Assembly (NCBI GenBank): GCA_000182565.2
Contig: KQ257451.1
Source of the DNA: Spizellomyces punctatus DAOM BR117
Taxonomy: Eukaryota
Strand: one strand, 5' to 3'
DNA length: 64,000 nucleotides
The position numbers and the translations under genes are program-made. Below the pieces are notes generated by a model. That model did not search any database. It was not told the origin of the DNA and saw only the letters and a list, made by a program, of their open reading frames with translations. This document shows, one piece after another, positions 11,004 to 21,825 of the stretch (position 1 is its first letter; each line of letters starts with the position of its first letter).

Positions 11004-11494
11004 ATGCCCCTTATCGTGAGAGTCATCTCGGTCGCTGGTGTCAAGGACGAGGACGACCTCGGTAAAAATGATCTCTATGTCCGTTTGTCGACGGATGGCA
11101 GCCACTGGGTGCAGACTACAACCAAGAAAGGAGCTGGCAAACAGGCCGTTTTTGATGAGACATTCACCTTTGATGTGCAACCTGATCCTAGTTCCAAGCT
11201 CTATGTTGAGGTTTATGACAAGGATCCGTTGAAGGATGACAAGTTGGGTGAAGCAAAGGTGGGTCGACAAGGTGCTTCTGTATGCTTTGCGTCAAGCACT
11301 GTGACTGATGTTCCTCAATACAGTATGAACTTTCCAACGCATTTTCTGGTCAAGAAGTCGATGGAGTCGTCGAGGTTCGTTACTTGTATATTGCGTAAAA
11401 GATAACAAACGATCCTAACGCAATGCATTTCCAGCTTCACCATCACCTGCATCGTCACCGGGGCGTAGTCAACCTCCGTATCTCTTACCGTTGA
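11004..11494 (+). CDS. Small stand-alone C2-domain (Ca2+/phospholipid-binding) protein, 3 exons
   Basis: VKDEDDLGKNDLYV...FDETFTF...LYVEVYDKDPLKDDKLGEAK retains the Ca-binding aspartates. Two GT-AG introns add YELSNAFSGQEVDGVVE and LHHHLHRHRGVVNLRISYR*. Confidence 0.88.
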
Positions 11495-11948
11495 TGTGAT
11501 GGCACAGTTTGAGATTGCATTGTACTTGCGTGTATATACAGGGTCTTTGTCGTTGCGAAAGCAGAAGATGTAATTACCACTCGCGCCGTTAAATATATCA
11601 CGTAAGGATACCAATACGACGTCGTTGTGTATGCTAGTGAGCATGAATAATTCCCGCTGTACAAGGCGAATGCACTCTAGAGCATCACGTCTATCTCGCA
11701 AAACACCTTCCATCAAGTCCACATCCAATGGAACATCGCAGCATCATCACATGTAAAAAAGAAAATACAATAAAAAAAAAGAAGGCAGCCAGCATGCTTG
11801 AAATAGTTTATGTACGTCGCGATTCAAAAAGAATTGTACAAAAGGGCCCCTCCCACCACAAACAAAACCGTCAAGTCCGTACAGGTGGCGAGACGTCCTC
11901 CAATGGAGGAGGAGTCGGTATCTGCTTTGGTCGGCTGTACGTGACGGG

Positions 11949-12323
11949 CTACTCATGTGCGAGAGTCAGAAAATCATATCTCGCATTGAACAAACGCCAA
12001 AAGACGGTGATACCTACCGGAGGAGTTGTACCGCACCACTTTACAATGTGTTCGCCTTCACCAAATGTTAAGTTATAGTCCAGCACAAACTTGTATAGGA
12101 ATCCACACCATCCAAGGTCCCCAACAATGCAGAGGACTTTGAGACTGGGTGGCTTAGTTGGTATGTCGACTCTCAAGACGTCGAAGGAATGTTCGGTTTG
12201 AAGTAGGGCTTCGATGAACGAAGGACATAGGGACTGATCCATTGAGACGAAATAGTAAGTCTCTGGACCAAAGGGTTTGGACTCGAGAGTATCAGAGTCT
12301 ATAATGGAACGGTAAGGTGTCAA
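11949..12323 (-). CDS. Possible exon of a hypothetical protein; gene limits unclear
   Basis: 124-codon open frame with globular-looking composition, but no recognised motif and no confident start. Confidence 0.25.
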   Translation of the reverse strand: MTPYRSIIDSDTLESKPFGPETYYFVSMDQSLCPSFIEALLQTEHSFDVLRVDIPTKPPSLKVLCIVGDLGWCGFLYKFVLDYNLTFGEGEHIVKWCGTTPPVGITVFWRLFNARYDFLTLAHE

Positions 12324-13285
12324 ATGCCTGATAGACTGGGAGAATGTATTCCGAGTCTGTTTTACCAGTTCGAACGGGAGTTGCTGGAGTGCGGAATTTT
12401 CTTTTGTGTTTTGTCATATGTTTGGGAAGCTGTGCAAACGGCAAGGTTGGTGTTTGAATCTTGCAATGTTACATGCTATGGAACACTCACAGCAGACAAT
12501 GGTTCTTGAGCATTATGGATTGTCCTGTTATAACAGTGTACACTGAGCGCCTGTCCTTTTTCATTCGTTATATTGAACCCGCAACGAATACACACCTTTC
12601 TTGTCGGACGCCCTCTTCAGGTCCCTCTGCCCTCGCTATAACAGGTGCTGACATCGTTTGTATTGTTCAAAAGTTCTCAAATCTTGTTGGAAATCCGGCG
12701 CCCGCCTAGGTCAGTAGCCCCTTTTATTTCTGCTCTGGTTAAGGCCAGGAGTGGGCAAAAACTGGGGGCGAAACAAGCAGCTGCTCGTCGTGTGTGTAGA
12801 TGGCCCCGCCCAAAAACTATGTAATCCTGGTCGGAGAGTTTGAAGCCAATCCCTTTGCTTGGTGATCAGCTACATCATTTTTGGATATTAAACCCCCTTG
12901 TCGATCGGCCTGATCACGGGACTAATTGGAACGTTTGGATCCTATGCAAAATGAAGTTGGTTTCTGGTAAGTATGAGTCTGTGATGTTTGGGTGGCGGTG
13001 ACGCCAAAAAGTTTGATAACGGTGAAAGCGCGTATTGCCAGTGACATTATGGTGAGGTCAATCCATTGGGGATTAATAACGTAGATAGCATCCTTTTGCA
13101 TATAACATGACAAGTCGACATTTAGACATCAGTTTTACAAAAAGTGCAGCCTTCCAACAACGCTGTTTAACGTTGTGGCCACCCTGGACGTTTCAAAAAA
13201 AGCCGCCGCCATTACGTTTCTATCATTGCATTCTGGTGGATGATACAATTCTATTGTGGAAGAAAATCTTTTTGTTTGCCATCTA

Positions 13286-16200
13286 CTACTTGAAAGCCTT
13301 GAACATGCCAGCGATCTTGCCCTCTTCTCGCTTCAATACAACACCAGTAACGTGTAAAACATGTTGCTTCTGACCGATAGTTGCTGCGAAAACGACAACA
13401 TAAATTGAAGGTCGCATCAGTCTCTTTGTTTAATTTTGGTGCAAAGTGACGAGCGCCGACTCAATGACATAATCATGACCCAACTCACATCTGACAATAG
13501 CCAAGGCGGCATCCACTGGATCTGGCTCACACGGCAGACTCGCTGGATTTTGAGCAAGCTGATTTCTTACCAGGACTTGTTGCAACCGACCAGTAAACTC
13601 CGTATTATTGACGCAAATGATGTTGCCCAGCTTTGTAAAGTCCTGCGAACTCAGGACGTTACTGATACTGAACTCGTTGAATTGAACAGCTAACATCAAC
13701 CAGGAGCGAAAAGATGAGGATGCAGGCCATAGTTGTAAAGGAAAGTAACGTCTGTTTACTTTTAATGTCGCATGGCTTGGAGATTGTGTCCCAAATCGGT
13801 TTCATGTATTTTTCAACCAACTTGGTGGCCTCTTTACTGTCAAACTTGTCAATGAGGACCAAAATCCCTTTGGATGCAGTTTCGGGTGCTGACCCTACTC
13901 AAGTGAAAAGATAAGTTGGCATTTATCATACGTAGCCTGACAGGCGCACAACGTTACCTCCGTATACCAGGGCCATGATGCCCTCACTCCATGCCAAAGC
14001 CTTGCCTACGTCCCCAAAATGGAAGACCATCTTTTTAAACTTTGATCCAGTCCGACCGCCTTTTCGGATGGTACAGGCTTGGAGGGTGACATCGGCCCCA
14101 TGGGCCGTAGCAGATATTATCCGACGAAGTTCAAGTGGAAAAAAGTGCTTGTAGGGTTTGGCTTACAGGAAGAACAGTTGTTAGCAGCAGTGTTGCCCGG
14201 CAAATTGTTTACAATACTACCTTTGCCATTTTCGCAACAGTGAAGCTCAAAGTCTTGGACTTTTACATCCAGTTTAATGTTCTTCCACACTACTGTTTCC
14301 ACAAGCTGTGGTGGTGACTGATGGCACATCGAAATACAGTCAGTTATATATGTACATACATACAAGGTTACCACCATAGCTGACCTTTGGAGTACTCTCA
14401 CCACCACCGAATGCGAGCGACATTCTTGAGACATTTGCGCTAGCGGCCCCAGTCTTGCTCTTTGTTGCGCCAAAAATGGAAGCCAAGGACGCAACACTTT
14501 TCCGATTATTGGATGGCGGCAGTGACGCTTGTGATGCCGCCATATCTTCCACAGCAGGATGAGCAGGCTCTTCTGCTTCTTTTGGAGGAGCAGCGGGTTC
14601 GGTTGGCGCTGAGACTGGTTTGGTTGCGGTCCCTTGCATCGTCTGCATGTCCATCGCATTGAGAAACTTGGAAGCATTCGCTGGCAGGTTGTGTTTGACG
14701 GCTGGTTCGGCTGGACGAGAATCTTGCTTGATGACACTTTCTGCCTTTGTGTCATGATCGTGAGTTGATTGTGATTCATTCTGTTTCTTTTCCTCTTCTC
14801 TCTTGTTTTCAAGCTTTTCCTTCTCAAGGCGTTCTCGTTCACGTTCTTCTCTGCGTCTACGCCGTTCCTCGTCACGTTCACGGTCCCGTCGCTCAGCCTC
14901 TTCTTGCTCGACGAGAAGACGCCGTTGACGTTCCTCTGTGTCTTTAAGCTCCTGTTCACGGCGTTCCTGGTCGAGACGCTCTTTTTCCGCACGCTCCTTC
15001 TCACGGAGTTCGGTCTGCGCACGTTCTTTCTCTATCCTTTCCATCTCACGACGCTGCATCTCGCGAGCTTCGTTCTCTTTTCGTTCGGCCTCCAAACGGT
15101 TCTCTTCTGCCTTCTGTTTTTCTAATCGTTCCTGCTCTTCTTGCTCTTTTTTGATTCGTTGTTGTTCCAAACGTTCTTTTGTTTGCTCTGCCTCCTGCTT
15201 TCTTACTTCCTCTTCCCGTTGCTCCTTTTCCCGACGTTCCGCCATTTTCTGTTGTTCCAACGCAGCAGCAGCGGCAAGTTCTTCTTGTTGGATTCGCTGC
15301 CGTTCCTCTTTTCGACGTTTGCGTTCTTCATCGCGTTCACGGTCTCTACGTTCTTCTTCGGCCAAATCGTGCTGGATGCTCTCGGTTGGCGCTTCACTGG
15401 AAAGCTTATCCACCTCCTCTCCTTGAGTTTTCGGCTCAATGGGTAACGCGCCTGTTTCAACTGACTCTGCTGTTTTGCTTGCTAGCGCCCGATGCTCTGC
15501 GGGAGAAGTCAGTTCCTCCGTCTGTGAACGAGCGGTGATGTCTGTGGCATTTGGTTGCTGCTCCATCACCAGGCTGTGCCTAGCCGAAGCGTTAAGAGCC
15601 TCCTCCTTCATCGTCTTTGCCATCTGTAATTCTTCAAAGAATCCCAATTTCTCTTGATTCTTTCCCTTCTTCTCTGCCTTATGTTTCTGCTTTTCCAATG
15701 CCTTTTCACGCTTTTTTGCTTCCTTTTCCCGCTCTTTTTCTTCCTTTTCCATTCGTTTCCGTTCTTTGCGTTCAGCCTTGTCTTCATCAGATTCTTTGTG
15801 ACTAAGTGACTCCATACTCTTTTTGAATAAAGATGCGACAGATTTAGTCGGTGAAAACTTGGACTTGCGGGACATGGTTGAGGCTGCGATAGAAACCATG
15901 CTGCCAGTTGGTGACGGCAGCCTCGGACGTGGTGTGAGGTCATTGTGGCTTTCAGACGAAACGCTAATTGAGAGTTCGGAAGGGAGGTTGGTAGTTGAGC
16001 TGGTGAAAGGAGTTTCGGTTGTCGTCAGGGGTAGGCCGGAAGCCGGTGAAGGTTCCCTTGGGCTAGGAGCATTCTCAGCTGTACTTGACGACGCTGTCGG
16101 TATGATCACAGCAGGTTCTACGGGCGAGGATGTCATTTGTTTATCCTTTTCCGCAGACAGTGATGACGTACGACGCCCCCGCGGTTCCGAGAATTCTCTC

Positions 16201-17607
16201 TTCAACGGTGTGGTAATGCGATCGCCAGGGACGACTTCCACCTTCCTGCCAGGCTCCACTGTCTCTTCACGCGATGGTTTCAATCGAACAGGAGAAGCGA
16301 CTGCCACAACCTGGGGGCTTTTCGCCAACTCTTTTGCTGTCACCGGTGACGGAACTGGATCCAATATGATACTCTCCTTGCCGTCCCGAACCATTTGCAC
16401 TTCTTCTTCCACTTTTTGTAAGTCATGTTCGATAAGCCCCGATTCCTCACGGCCCCAAGCAGCGTAGAGCCTTTGCTTCTCTTGCTCGAGCCAGGTGCTT
16501 TCCGCCTCAGAGTCGTCCTCTGCATGGTGGATGGTCGGAAGAGATGGTGAGCTATCTTCCATAGGTTGAGATTCCTGTTCTGGTTCCCGTTCTGGCTCTT
16601 TCTCTACGAGAACGGGTTCCGGCTGCATGTGCTCCATTTCTTTCATTGGAGAAGGATGCTGGCCTTCCGGCTCCTCTCTAGGTATATTCGTGTCTTCGTC
16701 CACTACTTTCATCTTCACCGCCACATCCACATTCTCTTCTTTTACACGAGCTGGGATTGCCAGTACGCTGTTGACAGCTTTGATTTTTCTTCGTTTTGTC
16801 ACCCTCTTGACATACCTCAACACAAATCCGTCCACCAGCTCTCTCTCCCTCTTCCTCCACTCTTCAGCACTTCTTCCAGCCGTCCGCACAACCACCGGTG
16901 GGAACACGCCACAAGCATTTCGCCATGTTCCGTATCGTACTGTACGCGGGAAACTTGGAGGTAGAGACTTGTGCTTACTAGCAGTGTACACCGGGCGATC
17001 AATGGGACATGCGATGCGGGGTTTGGGAAGAGGTGGAATTGGCGGCGTATATTGTGGGTTGATGATGTCGATTCCCCAATCAGTTAGGATGATCATTCGC
17101 CCATCGGGTTGAAGATCACTTTGAGACTCTGAGAGTGTCCTCTGTATAGCCTGTTAGACGATTTACAATGTGTTGGGCAAGATGCACTTACAGTTGAATT
17201 GTGTAATTGATCAAGTTCTTTTGCTGCGACTGCCGCGTCTCCCATCTGACCTCCAACACCTGCATCCAACTTGCCCAACCCTGCTTTTCTCAATCGCTTA
17301 GCAGCCAGATCGTTCGCCTTCCTCCTTTTGCCGGACGCGCCCTCCTCTCGCAGCAAGAGTTCTTGAATGGGATCATTGTAAATAGCCCGGGGAATGACAT
17401 CGTAGTCATAGTCGGTTGATCGCACAGGAACCTGTAATCACCGCACTAATGCCTTAGTTTTGTCATCTTTTTCTGAGAAGACTAACGTGGTCCTACATCA
17501 GGACGCTCTGTGTAGCCCCCAATTCTCGGCGGTATCTTGGAACTAAAGCGGAACGGACCGACTCGTGCACTTGCCGCCTCAAATCTGTCTGATCCTGCTT
17601 GGGCCAT
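13286..17607 (-). CDS. Large multi-exon protein with low-complexity and E/R/K-rich helical regions, followed by a PH-like domain and a degenerate DAGK/sphingosine-kinase-like domain
   Basis: Start MAQAGSDRFE at 17607 and a 918-codon central ORF. Downstream exons read LFPLELRRIISATAHGADVTLQACT..., LVLIDKFDSKEATKLVEKYMKPIW, LGNIICVNNTE, LPCEPDPVDAALAIVR and end ...GMFKAFK*. Confidence 0.65.
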
Positions 17608-19176
17608 TTTTATTCCCCAATTTTATCCCGTCTTAACAGTGGTTGAAGATCTGGACAGAACGGTTTTTACATGGAGCTATAATTGCTATGAGTTGGACAT
17701 GCTTGTATGCATAATGCGTAGCATTAGATCGCGGACAATACTATCATGAAAAGGGTTGTTGTTGGGCATCGAGGGTAATACGCGTTAAAACATTCTAGCA
17801 ATTAAGCAACATGTCAAGCTGGCGTTCCGGCGTTGACAGAAGGACCATCTGCTACTGGCCTTCTTCTAACGAGATTTGGCTTTGATATTATGCATCTGAT
17901 ACAGACGAGGGACCGTTGGCGAGACCCCAAAGAATTATCATATCCTGGGCCGCTTACATGAGCCAATACAAACGACACATCCTTGGGATGATGAACACAT
18001 GAACCACCCACTTTTTTGCATTGAAGATGATTGGCAGGCTGCATGATTGAAACATATCTAACCAACCCTACACCCCTGCTGAGTTAATCTTGATTTTTGG
18101 CATGTTTGAACATTCTATCTGCCAGCTCCTTTAAACTTCAATTGTCCAACAATACGCTCTTGCTAAATTCAACCCCCTTAATCAGATCCAAACTTTATAT
18201 TTCATTAAACGGCAAAATTATTTACCTTGTCTTCAAACGTACCACCAGTTTATTGTGTTCACCAGGAATGTACTGCATATTGCCAAAAGCAGAGCTGCAA
18301 GTTGTTTCTTCTGCAATGGACCCTTTCTGCCGGCTGAAAGAGCGGTATTCGCGCTACCACCTCCGTTTGGGGAAACTGGGGCTCTCGTGTGCCAATGGGT
18401 ACGGGCAACCTGCTCCGAATGGGACATAAACTTCCTCATCCCCACACCCATGGTTCCAAACAAACACTTGCATCGCCTGCTTTTGGTACCAAGTCCGGCT
18501 AAAGGCACTCTTTCAAAACAAAAGTTGAACCAAACGGAGGCCGGTCACGCGAGGTCACTGGGGGTCACACACGAAACCTTAGCTGGGTGTGTTACCTAAT
18601 ACGCGTCGCCAATAGCTCACACCCAGCGTCTCAGCGAGTCTCAATTTGCGACATGCCAGTGTTTCCGGAGGGGTGTCTTGTTCCTTTGTTTGAGTTAAAC
18701 GGCCGACAATCTGCCCCCACCACCTCACGTGGCCATTTACTCCACACTGTTATGGCAAACAACGGGAGACAAAAGTTGTCAAACAATCGAAACTTTCCTC
18801 TGGTCAGAGGCTCAGAGCTGATACACAGGAAATGGCATTAACGTTACCAGAAAGGGAGAAACGGTAAACCATCTTGCCCGCTTCCCCGCTTATGTATAAC
18901 GGGTAAATGCCATACATCGTGACCATATCTTACGGCTATTCTTCTTTCCTTTTGTTGGGCGATGTTGGGCATAGGGGCGAGAATGGGATCGAGCGGGGTG
19001 AAGAAGCGACTTTGGGCGTTTATTTAAAGCAACGGAGACTGGCTTTTCCCTCCCTCCGTTCGGCATAACTCTATCATATCTCCGATTTCCGCGATCATCT
19101 TTGCACTCAAATCTTCTGATCGGCCTCTTGGATCTGCCAGTTATTCGCCAACAATAGCAATTGCAGCATCGTAAAC

Positions 19177-20929
19177 ATGGCAGATAATCCACCCGCTATA
19201 GAAGAGAAGAAAAGCACCCTCACCATTACTGACGTCGAGCCGACCGATGTCAGTGTGGTTGACGGCCAAGGCCGCCTAGTCTATTCGGAGGTATGCTTAT
19301 CCTAACGTGTCGCATGACAAGAGAAAAGGTCTAAGCCGCGTTTCCTTCCAGGCGGAGCGAAAACTCGTCCGAAAATTAGACATTCGGCTAATGCCCATCC
19401 TCTTTATTGCTTATTTCCTCAGTATTGTTGATCGTTCCAATGTCTCATATGCCAAGATTGCCAACGCCGAAAAGCGAAACAATTTGCAAGCCACGGCAAA
19501 CATCAGCGATGAGCAATTTTCCGTTGCTCTGGCAGCATTCTTTGTCGGTTACATTGTTTTTGAAATTCCATCGAACCTCATAATGAAGAAAGTCGCGGCG
19601 CCCATTTGGATCGCTCGTATCATGGTCAGCTGGGGTATCGTCACGACCTTCCAAGTCCTCATAACCCAATCATGGCACTTCATTCTTCTTCGCTTCCTTC
19701 TCGGCGTCTGCGAGGCTGGTTTCTTCCCTGGCGTTGTTTTGTACCTCACCTACTGGTATCGCAAACAAGAAGCTGCGAAGCGAATTGCAGGCTTTTACGT
19801 TGCAACTACCGTGGCCGGTGTTGTTGGATCTGCTTGGGCATACGGAGTTCAACAGTACGTATATATGACTTTGGCGTCCGATGTTTGATTCCAACTCATC
19901 TTTCTATTCTATCTGTCAGGATGAACGGACGCCATGGTTACTACGGCTGGCAATGGTTGTTCCTCACATCCGGTGTTCCAACCATCGGCATGGGGATCCT
20001 CGTCTATTTCATTCTCCCTGCGACACCCGAATCTGTCAAGAGCGGCGGCTGGTTGACGCCTGAGGAGAAAGAATTGGCGTCGCAGCGTCTTCGCGTTGAC
20101 GGCGTTGCTAAACACGAAGAGAAGTTCGAGAAAGGAGAGTTCATTAAGGTCTTCATTGACCCCAAAAACTGGCTGTTTATTATCATGTACTTTGGAACGG
20201 TCATGTGTGCCAACGCTCTTGGATTGTTCTTGCCTACCATCCTGTTCATGCGTACGTATTTGGGTATATGTTCTCACCACGAAGTCGGTAACTAAATGAG
20301 CCGTTTCTACTTCTAGTGGGTTACACGTCTCTTGATGCTACACGGATGTCCATCGCACCGTACGCTGCCGGCGCTGTGATGACTATGGGAGCGGCTTGGG
20401 TTTCTGACCGCACGCGCCAACGTGCAGCACCTCTTTTCGTCACCGCTCTTATTGGATGTGTTGGTTTCACCGTCCTGGCCACCACAGGCTTGACTGATCG
20501 TGACGGAAAATACGCCGGATGTATCATCGCCGTGGCTGGTGTCTTTTCCGCCATCCCATTGGTTTTCTCCTGGCTCAGCAACAACGTAAGGATCAGACTT
20601 TTTGCTCTCAATCTTGTATCTGTCGAATTAATCGTATCTTTCTCTTTTAACCACAGCTGAAGACAAGTACCGGTGCGGCAACAGCTATAGCACTCGTGTC
20701 ATCCATTGGCAACTTGGGCAGTGTGGTAGCCTCCTACACTCAGTACAAGGACGATAAGCCGCAGTACCACCGCAGTCATACCGTGAATGCCGTCGGAATG
20801 GCGCTCACAGCATTAGTGGCTGTCATCCTCCGTGTTTGGTATCAACGCCTCAATGCCAGGCAACGAACCACCTTCCAAGATACGGAGAGGGCCCAAGAAG
20901 GCAAGAAGCAGATTGTGTACATGCTCTAA
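19177..20929 (+). CDS. MFS transporter, anion:cation symporter (Dal5/Tna1 allantoate/nicotinate permease) family
   Basis: ERKLVRKLDIRLMP, DRSN, FEIPSN, LRFLLGVCEAGFFPG, GWQWLF and SDRTRQR motifs; multiple transmembrane segments; 4 introns. Confidence 0.93.
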
Positions 20930-21149
20930 GAAGCTTTCAGAGTAGGATGCTGATGGTGGTTATTTCTGTATAATGAGTTGTTTCCGTATGTAAATAAAAA
21001 TTCTTGCAGCTCTAAGTAGCCATCGCCATTTGTCACCTGATAGACTGAATGTACGATACGTTAGCGATCCACGCCCTGCAAGGCAGCAGACTTCTTCAAT
21101 CTATCTTCATACTTGCGATGTAGACTGACTGCGTACCCGTCGCGTCGTT

Positions 21150-21596
21150 CTATGTGCAGGGAGAACAACAGCACTTCATCCAACCCAATGTCCATAACCA
21201 CATACTCCATGTACCATTTGTGGTGGACGTGTCCAACAACCCAGTTTTCGAATCGATAGACTCTGCGTCTGACAAGGAATCATCCCATTCATGGACCTGG
21301 GATACGTCTTCCGCATCGTTTTGGTCACACTCTATCGTATTCAGTCGGTCATGTAATGCAGTAGACGAATGGTGCTTCTCCTTGTACTTTTGTATCCTCT
21401 CTAGTTTGGAGGCGAGTCTTGCAAGGTACCGCTCGGCATCTGTTTGCAGATTCCAGGTGGGAGTTGGTTCTGATGAGGGGAGGATCTCACTGGGCCAAGA
21501 TGAGTCAACCAAGATTTTTTCGCGAGATCCGGAACCGTCGGAATAGCTGGATTCAGAGATAATGCTCGAGGCTGCTCCGGCTTTTGAAGACGCCAT
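21150..21596 (-). CDS. CCDC32-like small protein with a C-terminal Cys cluster
   Basis: WNLQTDAERYLARLASKLERIQ resembles the CCDC32 core helix (DSEVYLASLEKKLRRIK). The protein ends in WMKCCCSPCT. Confidence 0.55.
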   Translation of the reverse strand: MASSKAGAASSIISESSYSDGSGSREKILVDSSWPSEILPSSEPTPTWNLQTDAERYLARLASKLERIQKYKEKHHSSTALHDRLNTIECDQNDAEDVSQVHEWDDSLSDAESIDSKTGLLDTSTTNGTWSMWLWTLGWMKCCCSPCT

Positions 21597-21825
21597 TCCT
21601 AATTTGAACTTTCTCACGACCACAGCGAGGGCATCCAGTCGAGATCATAGTAACCACATATGGTATTATGAAGCCACATTCCAATTACTCGGATCACGTG
21701 TTACCTAGTCTTTTTGCTTGGTCGCTGGGCGATGGATTGGGACTCCTTCCTTCCGCTTGCCGTTCCATTTTCGAGGTCGTCCTTGAGAGAACGCATTCTC
21801 GACGGGTTCAAAGTAGAAAGCAACA

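Noticed and set aside
17650-19170. Several 80-115 aa ORFs in the divergent intergenic region
   Set aside because: No motifs or coherent splice model; more likely promoter sequence.
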